The position numbers and the translations under genes are program-made. Positions 14,351 through 31,300 of a stretch of DNA of 64,000 bases are shown one piece after another. The stretch's first letter is position 1. Each line of letters begins with the position of its first letter. This stretch comes from the human T2T-CHM13v2.0 reference genome, Homo sapiens, in contig CP068257.2 of assembly GCA_009914755.4 (NCBI GenBank), positions 5,856,001-5,920,000 on the forward strand, given 5' to 3'. The notes beneath the pieces are model-generated. The model ran no database searches. It was not told the origin of the DNA and saw only the letters and a list, made by a program, of their open reading frames with translations.

Positions 14351-17300
14351 TATTCCATTCCATTTCACTCCACTCCACTCCTCTCGACTCCATTTCATTC
14401 CATTACATTCGTATACTTTTCACTTCACTCCATTCCATTCCACTCCATTCCTGTCTACTTCACTCCATTCCACTCCACTCCAAATCATTCCACCACACTC
14501 CACTCAATTCCAATCCATTCCACTCAACTCCATTCTATTCCACTCCACTCCACTCAATTCTGCTCCACTCCACTCCGCTCCTCCACACTCCATTCCACTT
14601 CTCTCCACTTCACTTCACTGCACTCCACTGCACTCTATTCCATTTCACTCCATTCTTTTCCATTTCATTATATTCCATTCCTTTAAACACCATTCCATTC
14701 CACTCAATTCCATTCCATTCCACTCCATTCAATTCCACTCCATTCAATTCCACTCAAGTCTATTCCATTCCATTCCAATTCATTCCACTCCACTGTGTTC
14801 CAGTCCACTGGACACCACTCCACTTCACTCCATCCATTCCATTCCATTCCATTCAACTCCATTCCACTCCACCCCATTCCATTCCATTCCACTCCACTCC
14901 ACTCCATTCCAATACAATCCATTCCACTCCATTCCACTACATTCCATTCCACTCAATTCCATTCCATTCCACTCCATTCCACTCCATTCCATTCCATTCC
15001 AATCCACTCCAATCCTCTCCACAACATTCCATTCCATTCCTTTCCATTCCATTAAATTCCATTCCATTCCATTTCACTCAATTCCATTCCATTCCACTCC
15101 ACTCCAATCTATTCCATTCCATTCCATTCCATTCCACTCCACTCCACTCCATTCCACGCCATTCCATTCCATTCCTCTCCATTCCTTTCAACTCCACTCC
15201 ATTCCACTTCACTCTACTCCACTCAATTCCACTCCATTCCACTCCACTCTATTCCTCTCCACTACACTCCATTCCACTCCACTCCATTCCATTCCACTCC
15301 ACTCCATTCAATCCCACTCCACTCCATTCCATTCAAATCCACTCGAATCAATTCCAATCCATTCCACTCCACACCATTCCATTCCCCTCCAATCCATTCC
15401 ACTCCACACCACTGAATTCCACTACACTCCACTGAATTCCACTCCACTACCCTCCACTTCATTCCACTACACTTCTCTCCATTCCCCTCCACTCCATTAA
15501 ATTCCATTCCATTCCTTTCCACTTCACTCAATTCCAATCCACTACATTCCAGTCCAGTCCACTCCATTCCATACCACTCCACTCCATTCCATTCCACTCT
15601 GCTGCATTCCATTCCACTCCATTCCACTCTATTCATCTCCACTCCATTACATTCCATTCCACTCCCTTCCATTCCTCTCCACTCCACTCCACTCATTTTC
15701 ATTCCTCTCCACTCCATTCCATTCATCTCCACTACAATCAATTCCACTTTATTCCACTACAATTAATTCAATTCCTCTCATTTCCACTCCACTCTATTGC
15801 ATTCCACTCCACTACTTTCCATTCATCTCCACTTCATTCCATTCCATTCCACTCACTTCCATTCCTCTCCACTCCACTCCACTCCACTCCACTCAATTTC
15901 ATTCCACTCCACTCCATTGCATTCATCTCCACTTCACTCAATTCCACTTTATTCCACTACAATTCATTCAATTCCTCTCATTTCCACTCCACTCTACTGC
16001 ATTCCACTCCACTGCTTTCCATTCTTCTCCACTCCATTCCATTCCTTTCCACTCCATAAAATTACATTCCACTCCTTTCCATTCGTCTCCATTCCATTCC
16101 ACTCTATTCCATTCCGCACCACTCCCCTCTTTTGCACTCCATACCGCTCCATTCCATTCCACTCCACTCCAATCCTTTCCAGTCCACTCCATTCCATGCC
16201 ATTCCACTCGACTCCATTTTATTCTACTCCCATACATTCAGTTACACTCTTTTCCACTCCATTCCATTCCCCTCCATTCCATTCCATTCCATTCTACTCT
16301 ACTCCACTCCATTCCAGTCCACTCCATTGCGCTTCACTTCATTCCAATCCATTCCACTCCACTCCATTCCATTGCACTCCACTCCACTCCATTCCAGTCT
16401 ATTCCACTCCATTCTATTCCATTTCATATCATTCTGTTCCTCTATACTTCATACCTCTCCACTCCATTCCACTCCACTCCACTCCATTCCATTCCATACC
16501 ACTCCACTCCACTCCACTCTACTCCATTCCACTCCTCTCCACTCTTTTTCATTCCACACCACTCCATTCCACTCCACTGCATTCCACTCCACTGCATTCC
16601 ACTTCACTACACTCTGTTCCAGTTCACTACATTTCATTCTTCTCCATGCACTCCATTCCATTCCATTGAATTCCTTTCCATTCCACACCACTCCTTTGCA
16701 CCCCATTCCACTCCACTCCATTCCACTCCACTCTACTCCACTCCACTCTAATCCACTCCACTCCATTCCATTCCATTCCTTTCAATTCTATTACATTACA
16801 CTTCACTCCATTCCACTCCACTGCGCTTCATTGCACTCCACTCCATTCCATTCCAATCCACTCGATTCCACTCTGCTCCATTTCTTTCCATTCCATTCTA
16901 CTCTATTCCATTCATCTCCACTACATTCCATTCCACTTCACTCCATTCCACTCCATTTCATTCTACTCTACTCCACTCCACTGAATTCCGTTCCATTCCA
17001 TTCCACTCCATTACATTACATTTCACTACATTCCACTCCATTCCAATGCTTTCCACTCCATTACATTCTATTTCACCCCATTCCATTCCACTCCACTCGG
17101 CTCCCCTCCACTTCATTCCACACCACTCCACTCTTTTCCACGCCACTACACTACACTTCATTGCATTCCACACCACTCAACTCCACTATAACCCATTCCA
17201 CTCCACTCCTCTCTGTTGCATTCCACTCCACTACATTCCACTCCACTCCACTCCATCCACTCCATTCATTCCTCTCCACTCCATTCCATTCCATTCCATG

Positions 17301-19069
17301 CCACTCCATGCCATTCCATTCCACTACACTAATTTCCTCTCCATTCCACTCCACTTCACTCTACTCCACTCCACTACATTTCATTCCTTGCCTTTACATT
17401 CCATTCCAATCCATTCTGCTCCACTCCATTGCATTCCACTGCACTCCGTTCCACTCCACTCCATTATATTCCACTCCCCTCCATTCTACTCCACTCCATT
17501 CCATTCCAATCCATTCAAATGCATTTTTTCCACTCCACTCCGTTCCAATCCAATGCACTCTCTTCCACTCCTTTTCACTCCATTCCATTCCACTCTAGTC
17601 TACTCCACCCCTCTCCACTCCAATTTCATTCCATTCCATTCCATTCCACTCGATTCCACTCCATTCCTTTCCATTCCATTCCATTCCATTCCATTCCATT
17701 CCATTCCGTTCCATTCCATTGCATTCCACTGCACTCCATTCCATTCCACTCCACTCCAATCCATTCCATTAAATTCCAATCCATTCCATTCCATTCCACT
17801 CCACTCCATTCCATTCCACTCCTTTCCACTCCACTCCACACAATTCCACTCCACTCCATTCCACTTAATTCCATTCCATTCCACTCCATTCGATTCCAGT
17901 CCAAGCCATTCAATTCCTCTCCACTCCATTACACTGCACTCCCATTCGTTCATTTCCACTTCATTCCAATCCACTCCATTCCATTCCTCTCCATTCACCT
18001 CGACTCTCCTCCATTCCACTCCATTCCATTCCATTCCATTACCCTCCATTCCACTCCACTGCAGTCAATTCCACTCCATTCCTCTCCACTCCATTTCATT
18101 CCACTCCACTCCATTCAATTCTGCTCCCCTCCACACTGCTCCACTATGCTCCATTCGACTCCAATCCACTCCACTGCCCTCCATGTTTCAACACTCCATT
18201 CCATACCACTCCATTCCACTCCTTTCCACTGCATTCCATTCCATTCCAGTCCATTCAGTTCTACTTCACTCCATTCCTTTCCACTGCACTCCAATCCATT
18301 CCATTCCGTTCCATTCCATTCCATTCCATTTCATTCCATTCCTTTCCATTCTATTAAATTTCAGTGCACTCCACTGCATTCCATTCCACTCCATTTCAAT
18401 CCACTCCACTCCATTCCTCGTCAACCCTCTCCATTCCACTTCACATCATTCTATTCCACACGTTTCCACTCCACTCCACTCAATTCCATTCCACTCCACT
18501 CAATTCCACTTCACTCCATTCTGTTCATCTCCATTCCACTCCACTCCATTCCATTTCAATCCACTCCACTCCGCTCCAGTACACTCAATCCCACTACATT
18601 CCCCTCCACTCCACTCTACTCCACCCTCTTCATTCCATTCCACTCTACTCTATTCCATTCTACTGCATTTCATTCCATTCCACTCTATTCCAATCCACTC
18701 CACTCCGCTCAATCCCACTACATTCCACTCCAATCCATTCTATCCCAGTCCACTCCATTCCATTCCATTCCATTCCATTCCATTCCATTCCATTCCATTC
18801 CATTCCACTCTACTCCATTCAATTCCACTCCACTCCACTACATCCCATTCCACTCCACTCCATTTGATTCAGGTCCACTCGACTAAATCCTAATCAATTA
18901 CACTTCACAACATTCCATTCCACTCCAATCCATTCTACTCCATTCCACTCAATTTCACTGCACTCCACTGAATTCCACTCCATTCCACTTCACTCCACTG
19001 AATTCCACTCCATTCCACTTCACTTCAATCCACTCCACTCCACTCCATTCCATTCCTCTCCATTAAATT

Positions 19070-19320
19070 CCATTCTAAGCCATTCCATTCCATTTCACTT
19101 CACTGTATTCCCATCCACTCCATTCCACTCCAGTCTACTTCATTCCACTCCACTCCCTTCCATACCACTCCACTCCATTCCATTCCACTCCATTAAATTC
19201 CATTCCATTCCATTTAAGTTCACTCTATTCCAATCCACTCCATTCCACTGCAGTCCACTTCATTCCAACTCACTCCCTTCCATACCACTGCACTCCATTC
19301 CATTCCACTGTCCTGCACTC
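19070..19320. repeat. ~125-bp local tandem duplication (x2), diverged.
   Basis: Seen directly: 'aaattccatt…ccatttcacttcactgtattcccatccactccattccactccagtctacttcattccactccactcccttccataccactccactccattccattccactccatt' at ~19070. A diverged copy 'aaattccattccattccatttaagttcactctattccaatccactccattccactgcagtccacttcattccaactcactcccttccataccactgcactccattccattccactg' follows at ~19195. Confidence 0.65.
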
Positions 19321-22300
19321 CATTCCACTCCATTCAACTCTATTCCACTCCATTCCATTACAATCCATTCCATTCCTCTCCACTCCACAACACTCCGTAT
19401 CATTCCACTCCACAACACTTCGTACCATTCCTCTCCACTCCATTCCATTCCACTCCACTTCCCTCAATTCCACTATATTCCTCTAAACTTCATTCAATTC
19501 CTCTCAATTCCCCTGCACTCCAGTCCATTCCACTCCACACCATTCGATTCCTCTGCAATCCATTCCATTCCATTCCACTCCAATCCATTACACTCCATTA
19601 AAATCCATTCCACTCCATTCCATTCCACACGAATCCTCTCCCTACCACTCCATACAACTCCATTCCAGTCCATTCCACTCCATTCCTATACACTCCACTC
19701 CATTCCACTCCATTCCTTTCCACTAAATTCCATTTCATTTCACTCAACTCCATTTATTCCACTCCACTGCATTCCATTACACTCTATTCCACTCCATTAC
19801 ATTCCTATACATTCCACTCCATTCCATACCATTCCACTCCACACCACTCCTTTCCACTCCACTCCATTCCTACTCACTTCATTCCATTCCATTCCATTTC
19901 ACCCCACACCAATCCATTCCACTCCACCCTTCCATTCCATTACATTCCACTGAAATACATTCCATGCCACTCCACTGCACTCCAATCCACTCCATTCCAC
20001 TCCGTTCCCTTCCATTTCACCCAATTCTATTCTTCTCCACTCCATTCCACTCCACTCCACTCAAATCCACTCCACTCCACTCTATTCCAATCCTCACCAC
20101 TCCGCTCCACTCCATTCCATTCAACTCCACTCCACCCCATTCCATTTCACTCCACTCCATTCCACTCCATTTTTCTCCACTCCATGCCACTTCACTCCAT
20201 TCCATTCCATTCCATGCCACTCCATTCCATTCCATTCCACTCCATTCCATTCCACGCCACTCTTTTCCACTCCATTCCACTCTACTCCACTCCATTCTAA
20301 TCCACTCCCCTCCATTCCTTTTCATTCCGTCCCTTTCCATTCCATTCAATTCCATTCCATTCTACTCCACTCCATTCCACTCCACACCACTCTGATCTAC
20401 TCCAGTCCGTTCCGTTCCACTCCACTCCATCCCACTTCACTCCATTCCATACAATTCCATTGCACTCCATTCCATTCCAATTCACTACATTCCATTCCAC
20501 TGCTCTCCATTGCATTCCATTCCATTCTACAATACTCCAGTCCACTCCACTCCACTCCATTCCATTCCATTTCACTTCACTGTATTCCAATCCCCTCCAT
20601 TCCACTCCATTCCGCTTCATTCCACTCCACTCCCTTCCATACCACACCACTCCATTCCATTCTACTCCATTAACTTCCATTCCATTCCATTCCATTTCAC
20701 TTCACTCTATTCCAATCCACTCCATTCCACTACAGTCCACTTCATTCCACTCCACTCCCTTCCATAACTCTCCACTCCATTCCATTCCAATGTCCTTCAC
20801 TCCATTCCATGCCTTTCCACTCCATTCAACTCTATTCCACTTCATTCCATTCCATTCCACTCCACTCCTCTCCACTCCATTCCATTCCATTCCATTCCAT
20901 TCCATTCAATGCCATTCCTTTCCATTCCATTTCATTCCATTCCATTCCATGACATTCCATTCCATTCCACTCCACTCCTTCCATTCCATTCCATTCCACT
21001 CCATTCCATTCCCCTATACCCCACACCATTCCACTCCACTCCACTCACCTCCACTCCACTCCATTCCATTCCACTCCCTTCCATTCGATTCCAATAAATT
21101 CCATTCCACTCCACTCCATTCCATTCCATTCCACTGCATTCCTTTCAATTCCTCTCCACTACATTCCATTCCACTCCACTCTATTTTATTCCACTCCACT
21201 ACATTCCCTTCAACTCCTTTCCATTCCATTCCATTCCACCCCACTCCATTCCATTCCACTCCATTCCATTCCATTCCACTCCATTCCACTCCACTCAACT
21301 CCATTATATTTTAATCCACTCCACTCCAATTCATTACATTCCCTTCCATTCCATTCTATTCCTTTCTATTCCATTGCATTCCATGCCTCTCCATTCCATC
21401 CCATTCCATTCCACTCCACTCCATTCCATTCCATTCCACTCCACTCCTTTCTATTCCACTCCAAACCATTCCATTCCACTCCATGATATTCCACTCCAAT
21501 CCACTCCCTTCCAGTCCACTCCACTCCTCTCATTTCTAATCAATTCCCCTCCATTCAACTCCTCTCCATTCCAGTCCACTCCATTCCAACCGTTCCCATT
21601 CCATTCCACTCCACTTCATTCCATTCCACTCCTTTCCACTCCACTACACTCCATTCCATTCCACTCCACTCCACTCCACTCCCCTCCATTCCATTTCACT
21701 CCAATACCTTCTATTCCTCACTACTACACTCCACTCCTTTCCATTCCGGTCCACTCCATTCCATCCCGTTCCATTCCACTCCACTGCATTCTATTCCGCT
21801 CCACTCCACTCACCTCCATTCCATTCAATGCCACTCCATTCCAGTCAAGCCCACTCGACTCTATTCCACTCCACTCCATTCCATTCCAGTCCAATCCATT
21901 CCACTGCACTCCACTCCACTCAGTTCCACTCCACTCCACTGAAATCAACTCCATTCCACTCCACTCCATTACACTACACTACACTCCATTCCTCTATACT
22001 CTATTAAATTCAATTCCCATGCATTCTATTCCATTCCATTTCACTCAACTCCAATCGACTCCATTTTACTACAGTCCACTCCATTTTACTCCACTCCAAT
22101 CCATTCCACTCCACTCCATTCTATTCCCCTCTCCAGCACTCTATTCCACTGCATTACACTCCATTCCACACCATTCCAATGATTCCATTCCATTCCACTC
22201 CATTCCATTCCTCTCCACTGCACTCCACTCCATTCCATTCCGTTCCACTGCATTCCACTCCATTCTATTCTATTCCACTAAACTGCATTCCACTCCTCTC

Positions 22301-25300
22301 CATTCCACTCCACTCCATTGCATTCCCTTGAATTCCACTCCACTACCTTCCATTCCACTCCCTTCTATTCCATTCCACTCTACTCCATTTTATTCCACTC
22401 CACTACATTCCCTTCAACTCCATTCCATTCCACTCCACTCCATTTCATTTCATTCCATTCCATTCATTTCCATTACACTCCGTTCCATTTCATTTCATTC
22501 CACTTGTCTCCACTCCATTTGACTCCATTCAATTCCATTCCATTCCATTCCACCACCCTCCATTTTATTCCACTGCACTACATTGACTTCAACTCCATTC
22601 CATTCCATTCCATTCCACTCCACTCCACTCCACACCACAACACTCTACTCCACTCTACTCCATTCCATTCTACTCCACTGCATTCTATTCCACCCCACTT
22701 CATTCAATTCCACTCCATTCCACTCAACTCTACTCTACTCCATTCCTTTCCACTCCACTCCACTCTACTCCAATCCACTCCATTTCATTTCACTCCACTC
22801 AATTCCATTCCACTCCACTCCATTCCTTTCCACTCCACTTCATTTCTTTACTATCCACTTCGTTCCATTCCAATCCACTGCACTCCACTCAACTCCATTC
22901 TAATCCACTCCATTCCTTTTCATTCCACTCCATTCCATTCCATTCCACTCCATACCATTCCACTGAACTCCACTGTATTCCACTCCATTCCACTCCACTC
23001 CATTCCATTCGACACCCATCCTCTCCATTTGACTCCATTCCTCTCCATTCCATTCCACTCCATTCCGCGACCCTCCACCCCTTTCTTTCCACTCCACTCC
23101 ATTGCAATCCATTTCACTCCATTCCATTCCACTCCACTCCATACCACTCCAATCAACTCCACTCCACTCTACTCCATTCCTTTCCATTCCACTCCATTCA
23201 ACTCCATTCCATTCCACTCTATTTTATTCCTGTCCACTGCATTCCCTTCAACTCCATTACTTCCATTCCACTCTATTCCACTCCAAACCACTCCACTTCA
23301 TTCCATTCCACTCCATTGCATTCCATTCCTCTCCACTCCATTTTATTCCACTCCGCTACATTCCCTTCAAATCCATTCCGTTCCACTCCATTCCATTCCA
23401 CTCCACTCCATTCCATTCCAATGATCTCCTTTCCACTCTATTCCATTCCACTCCTCTCCATTCCATTCCATTCCACTCTACTCCACTCCACTCTATTGCT
23501 CTCCACTCTAATCCACTCCACTCAATGGCATTCTAATCAATTCCACTCCACTCCTTTCCATTCCATTCCATTCCCTCCACTCCACACCATACCACTACAC
23601 TCCACTCCATTCCACTCGACTCCATTGTGTTCCACTCAACTCCCTTCGATTCCATTATATTCCATTCCACTCTTCTCCATTCCACTCTATTCCACTGAAT
23701 TCCATTTCATTCCACTGCATTCCACTCCACTCCACTCCACTCCAGTCCTCTCCACTCCATTCCATTCCACTCTGTTCCATTCCATTCCAATCCACTCCAT
23801 ATTTTTCTACTCCACTTCATTCCATTGTACTCCGTTCCACTCCATTCCATTCCCCTTCATTCCGTTCTATTCCATTCCTTTCCATTCCATTCCACTGCAC
23901 TTCACTCCATGCCACTCCACTCCATTCCATCCTTCTTAATTCAATTCCATTCCTTTCACTTCCATTTCACTGCAATCCACTCCATTCCACTCCACTCCAT
24001 TCCACCAGACTTAATTCCATTCCATTCCACTTCATTCCATTCCATTTCACAGCTCTGCATTCCACTCCACTCCATTCCATTCCACCCCACTTCTCTGCAA
24101 TCACCGCTACTCTTCTCCATTCCATTCCATTCCACCCCATTCCATTCCACTCCACTCCATTCCACTCCACTCCATTCCACTCCATTCCACTCCACTCCAC
24201 TCCACTGCATTCTATTCCACGCCACTCCACTCCACTGCACTCTATTCCACTCCCCACCACTCCATTCCATTCCACTCCACTCCTCTCCACTACACACAAC
24301 TGCATTCCAATCCACTCCATTCCACTCCTCGCCTTTCCACTCCACTCCATTCCATTTCTTTCCACTCCATTCCACTCCACCCCATTCCATTCCATTCCAC
24401 TCCATTCCACTCCACTCCATTCCATTCCACTTCATTCCATTCCTCTCCATTCCTTTCCACTCTATTCAACTCTATTCCATTCCACTCCTCTCCACACCAA
24501 TCCACTTCACTCCACGCCACTCCATTCCATTCATTGTTTTTCCATTCCATTCCATTCCACTCAATTACATTCAATTCCACTTCATTCCACTCCACTTCAC
24601 TCCAGTCCACTCCTCCCCACTCCATTCCATTCCACCCCACTCCACTCCATTCCACTCCACTCCCTTCCACTCTACTCCACTCGATTCCAATCCACTGCAT
24701 TCCAATCCTAATCCATTCCACTCCACTCTATTCCACTCCAATCCACTCGAATCCACTCCACTCCATTCCACTCCATTCCCTTCAACTCCATTCCCTTCCA
24801 CTGAACTCCATTCCAATCCTTTAAATTCTGTTACATTCCATTCCCTGCCATTCCAATCCATTCCATTGCATTCTACTGTACTCCACTCTACTCCATTCCA
24901 TTCCATTCCACTCCACTCCATTTTATGCCACTCCTTTACATTCCCTTCAATTCCATTACATTCCTTTCCACTCCATTCTTCTCCACTGTACTCCACTCTA
25001 CTGCATTGCATTCCATACCACTCCATTCCACTACATTCCATTCCATTCCATTCCATTCCAATCCATTCCTCTCCATTCCATTCCACTCCATTCCACTCCA
25101 CTTCATTCCATTCCATTCCCTTCCGCTCCACTACATTCCGCTGCACTCCATTTAATTTTGTGCTCTCCTTTCCTCTTCACTCCATTCCATTCCACTCCAC
25201 TCCTCTGCAATCACCGCCACTCCACTGCACTCCATTCCATTCCATTTAACACCACTCCATTCCACTCCACTCCATTTCACTCCACTCCATTCCACTCCAC

Positions 25301-28300
25301 TCCTCTCCACTCCATTCCTTTCCACACCACTCCATTTCATTGCACTCCATTCCATTCCAGTCCACGCCAATCTTTTCCACTCCATTCTTTTCCATTCCAT
25401 TTCACTCCATTCCATTCCACTACACACCACTCCATTCCATTCCAGTCCAATACACACCACTCCATTTTTATCCTCTCCAATCCCCTCCACTCCTTTCCAC
25501 TCCCCTCTGCTCGATTCTACTCCACTAAATTCTACTCCACTCCTTTCCATTCTGAACAATTCCATTCTATTCCACTGCAATCCACTCCACACCACTCCAT
25601 TCCATTCCACTCCATTCCACTCCAATACACACTCCATTTCTATCCTCTCCAATCCACTCCACTCCTTTCCACTCCCCTCCCCTCGATTCCACTCCACTAA
25701 ATTCCACTCCTTTCCATTCCATTCCAATCAATTCCATTCCATTCCACTGCAATCCACTCCACTCCACTCCAATACACTCTTCTCCACTGCATTCCACTCC
25801 ACTTCATTCCACTCCCCTCCGCTTGATTCCACTCCACTAAATTCGACTCCACTCCATTCCATTCCATTCCACTCAACTCCACTCTACTCCGCTCCACTGC
25901 ACTCTATTCCATTCCTTTCTTTGCTATTCCATTCCATTCCATTCCAATCAATTCCATTCCCTTCTACTGCAATCCACTCCACTCCACTCCAGTACACCCC
26001 TCTCCATTGCATTCCATTCCACTCCATTCCATTCTATTCCACTCCATTCCACTCCATTTTATTCTACTCGAATGCATTCCTATCAACTCCATTCCAATCC
26101 ACTCCATTCCACTCCACCCCATTCCACTCCACTACCCTCGGTTCCACTCCGCTTAATTCCACTCCACTCCATTCCATTCCATTCCATTCCATTCCATTCC
26201 ATTCCATTCCACTCCTTTCCATTCCACTCCACTCATTTCCACTCCATTCCACTCCACTCCACTACATTCTACTCCACTCCTCTCCATTCCACTCCATTCC
26301 TTGCTATTCCATTCTATTCTGTTCCACTCAATTCCATTCCATTCCCCTGCCTTCCACTCCACTCCAGTCCAATCCTCTCCACTCCATTAAATTCCCCTCC
26401 ATTCCATTCCATTCCACTCCATTCGACTCCACTCCACTCTGTTCCACTCCACTTCATTCCATTCCACTCCACTCCATTCCATTCCATTAAATTCCACTCC
26501 ACTACTCTCCATTTCATTCCACTCCACACACTTCCACTACACTCCACTTCACGCTATTCCATTGCACTCCACTCCGTTCCACTCCACTGCATTCTATTCC
26601 ACTCTACTGCCTTCCACTGCATCCATTCCATTCCATTTCATACCATTACACCCCACTCCACTCCACTCCACTCCGTTCCATTCCACACCACTCCACTCCA
26701 CTCCACTGAACACCACTTTATTCCACTACACACAACTCCATTCCATTCCACTCCATTATACTCCACTACACACCATTCCATTTAAATTCACTCCTTTCTA
26801 CTCCCCTCCATTCCACTCCACTCCACTCGATTCCACTCCACTAAATTCCACTCCATTCCATTGCATTCCACTCCAATCCTTTCCACTCCACTCCATTCCA
26901 TTCCATTAAATTCCACTCCACCCAATGCCATTCCACTCCATTCCACTCCCCTCCATTGCATTCCACTCCACTCCTTTCCACTCTACTCCATTCCATACCA
27001 CTCCACCCCACTCAATTCCATTTTACTCCACTTAATTCAACCCCACTCCACTCCATTCCACTCCACTGCATTATACTCCACTCCACTCCATTCCACTCCT
27101 CTCCCTTCCATTCCATTCCATTCTACTCCATTCCATTCCAATCCACTAAACTGCTTTCTAATCCACTCCATTCAACTCCATTCTGCTTCATGCCACTACG
27201 TTCCATTCCACTCCACTGCACTCCACTCCATTCCATTCCATTTCATTCCATTCCTTTCCATTCCAGTTCATTTCATTCCATTCCATTCCATTCATTATAT
27301 TCCATTCCATTCCAATCCATTCCATTCCACAGCACTTCATACCATTCCATTTCTCTCCAATCTATTTCATTCCATTGCATTCGATTCCATTCTATTCAAC
27401 TCCATTCCACTCCTCTGAACTTCACTTCATTCCATACTGCACCACTCCACTCCACTCAATTCCAGTCCACTCCATTCCTTTCCATTCCATTCCAGTCCAC
27501 TCCACTCCTTTCCACTCCATTCTTTTCCATTCCATTCCACTCCATTCCATTCCAATCCATTCCATTCCAGTCCACTCCACTCCTTTCCACTCCATTCTTT
27601 TCCATTCCATTCCACTCCATTGCATTCCACTCAATTCCACTCCATTCCTCTCCTTTCCATTAGACTCCACTCAATTCCACACCACTGCATTCCACTCCAT
27701 TCCATTCCATTATAATGCTTTCCACTTCATTCCATTTTCACTCCACTCCAATCCATTCGACTCCACTCTTGTCCACTCCATCCTACTCTATGCCACACCA
27801 CTCCCCTCGATTCCATTCCACTCCACTCTACTCTTCTCAGCTACACTCCATTGCACCTCAATACTCCCCACTCCACTCCACTCTACTAAAGTGAATTTAT
27901 TTCCGTTCCAGTCCACTCCATTCCATTTCTGACCATTCCACTCAAATCCATTTCATTCCACTCCATTCCATTCCACTCCATTTCATTCAACCTCACTCCA
28001 TTCAATTCGACCCCAACCCACTCAATTCCAATCCATTCCACTCCACTTCATTACATTTCTCTCCATTCCACTCCACTCCACTCTATTCAAAATCTCTCCA
28101 TTCCATTACACTCCATTCCAATCAACTCCGTTCTATTCCACTCCATTCCAATCCGTTCCACTCCATTTCATTCCATTCCATTCCACTCCACTCCCTTCTA
28201 CTCCACTGCACTCCATTCCACTCCACTACATTCTATTCTGCTCCATTCCAGTCAACTCCACTCCATTCCATTACACTCTACTCCATTCCATTCCTTTCCT

Positions 28301-31300
28301 TTCCATTCCATTTTATTCTTTTCCCCTCCATTCTATTCCATTCCATTCCATTCCATTCCATTCCATTCCATTCCACACCACTTCACTCCACTACACTGCA
28401 TTCCAGGCCACTACACTCTATTCCACTCCATTCCACTCCATTCCACTCCATTCCATTCCATTCCTCTCCATTCCACTCCACTCCACACAAATCCACTCCA
28501 TCCCACTCCATTCCATTCCAATCCATTCCATTCCCTTCTTCTCCACTCCAATTCATTCCTATCCATTTCACTTCACTTCATTCCACTCTACTGCAATGGA
28601 CTCCATTCCACTCCATTCTATTCCATTCCACTCCATTCTATTCCACCACACACCATTCCATTCCACTCCACTCCATTCAAATCCAAAGCACTCCACTCCA
28701 TTCCATTCCACTCCATTCCTCTCAACTACCCTCCACTCCACTGCAGTTCACTGCATTCGACTCCACTCCATTCCACTCCATTCCACTCCACTCCATTCCA
28801 CTCCACTCCGCTCCATTGTACTCTACTCCATTCCATTCTATTCCACTCCATTTCATTCCATTCCACTCCACTCCATTCCTCTCAAATCCACACCATTCCA
28901 CTCCACTCCATTCCTCTCCACTCCATTCCTCTCCACTCCAATTCTGCCCCAGTCTATTCCATTCTGTTCCACTTCAGTACATTCCATTCAACTCCATTCG
29001 GCTCCACACTGCTACACTCTAATCCACTCGCTCCATTCCATTCCATTCCATTCCATTCCATTCCATTCCATTCCATTCCATTCCGCTCCATTCCGCTCCA
29101 TTCCATTGCATTCCATTCCTTTCCACTCCATTCCATTCCATTCCATTCCATTCCTTTCCATTCCACTCCATTTCATTCCATATCAGTCCGTTCCACTGCA
29201 TTCCACTCCTTTTCTTTCCACTCTTCTCCACTCGATTCCATTCCATTCCATTTCATTACATTACATTCCACTCCACTCCACTCCATTCCATTCCAATCCA
29301 CTCCACTCCATTACTCTCCATTCCGCTCCTTTCCATTCCATTCCTTTCCATTCCACTCAAATTCATTGCATTCCAATCCACTCCATTCGACTACACTCCA
29401 TTCCTTTCCAATCCATTCCATTCCACTCCACCCCATTGCACTCCACTCCATTCCCTTCCGTTCCATTCCATTCCTTTCCATTCCATTCCATTCAACTCCA
29501 CACCACTCCATTCTACTCTACTCCATTCCATTCCAATCCATTCCACTCAGTTCCATTCCAGTCCACTCCTTTCCATTCCACTCAATTCAATTCCACTCCA
29601 CTCCATTCCATTCCACTCCACTCCTTTTCATTCCATTCCATTCCATTCCACTCCTCACCAATCCATTCCATTCCATTCCATTCCTTTCCTTTCCATTCCA
29701 TTCCAGTCAACTCCACTCCATTCCATTCCATTCCACTCAAATCCATTCTACTCCACTCCATTCCATTCCACTCCATTCCATTCCATTCCATTCCACTCCA
29801 CTCCATTCCACTCCAGTCCATTCCATTCCACTCCACTTCTCTACAATCTACTCCTTTCCATTCCATTCCATGCCTTTCCATTCCACTTCATTCCATTCCA
29901 TTCCATACCTTTCCACACCAATCCATTCCCCACCACTCCATTCCTTTCCTGTCTACGCATTTCAATTCCACTCCATTCCATTCCACACTACTCCATTCCA
30001 TTCTACTCAATTGCAGTCCAATCCACTCCATTCCATCCAACTGCACTCCATTCCACTACACTACACTCCATTCCATTGCACTCCACTTTATTACACTCCA
30101 CTCCATTCTATTTCATTGCACTCCATTCTATTCCCCTCACTCCATTTTATTCCACTCATTTAGACTTCACTCCGTTTCATTCCACAGCATTCAATTCTGT
30201 TCCACTCCATTCCACTCCTTTCCATTCCACTACATCCCCCTCCATTGCATTGCATTCTGCACCATTCCATTCCGCTCTACAACATTCCACTCCACTCCAC
30301 TCCATTCCATTCCACTCCACTCCACTCTACTTGACTCCACTGAAATTGATTATATTCCATTCCGTGCTAGTACATTCCATTCCATTCAACTCTATCCATT
30401 CCACTCCACTCCATTCCATTCCACTAAACTCCATTCCACTGCACTCCATTCCATTCCATTCAACTTCATTCCATTCCACTCCAATCCATTCCATTAAACT
30501 CCACTCCATTCCCCTCCATTAAACTTCATTCCTATACATTCCATTCCTTTACATTCCATTTCATTCCACGCCACTCCTTTCCATTCCACTCCATTCCATT
30601 CAACTCCATTCCTCTCCACTCCTCTCCTTTTCCCTCCATGCAATTCCATTCCTCTACTCCATTCCATTCCACTCCGCTCCACTCCACTCCACTCCATTCC
30701 ATTCCATTCCATTAAATTCCATTCGATTCCACTCCATTTCATTCCATTCAATTCCATGCCACTCCACTTCATTCCTCTCCATTCTGTTCCATTCCACTCT
30801 ACTCCACTCCATTCCATTACATTACATTCACCTCCCTTCCATTCCATTGCATTCCACTAAACTCCATTCCATTGCATTCCACTCTACTCCACTCCATTTC
30901 ATTTCATTCCACTAAATTCCATTCCATTCTACTCCTTTCCACTCCACTCCACCCCATTCCATTCCACTCTACTCCACTCCACTCCATTCTACTCCATTCC
31001 ACTCCATTCCATTCCTTTCCACTCCATTCCGTTCCTTTCCACTCTATTACATTCCACTCCTTTCCATTCCACTCCACTTTATTCAATTCCACTCCACTCC
31101 ACTTCATTCCATTCCATCACACTCCATTTCACTCTACTCCAATGCAATCCACACCATTCCTCTCCACTCTGTTTTATTCCTCTCCATTCCACTCCACTCC
31201 AATCTACTCCACTCCACTCCAACCCAATCCATTCCACTCCACTCCATTCCGTTCCATTCCTTTCCATTCCATTCCATTCCAGTAAATTGCAGTGCATTTC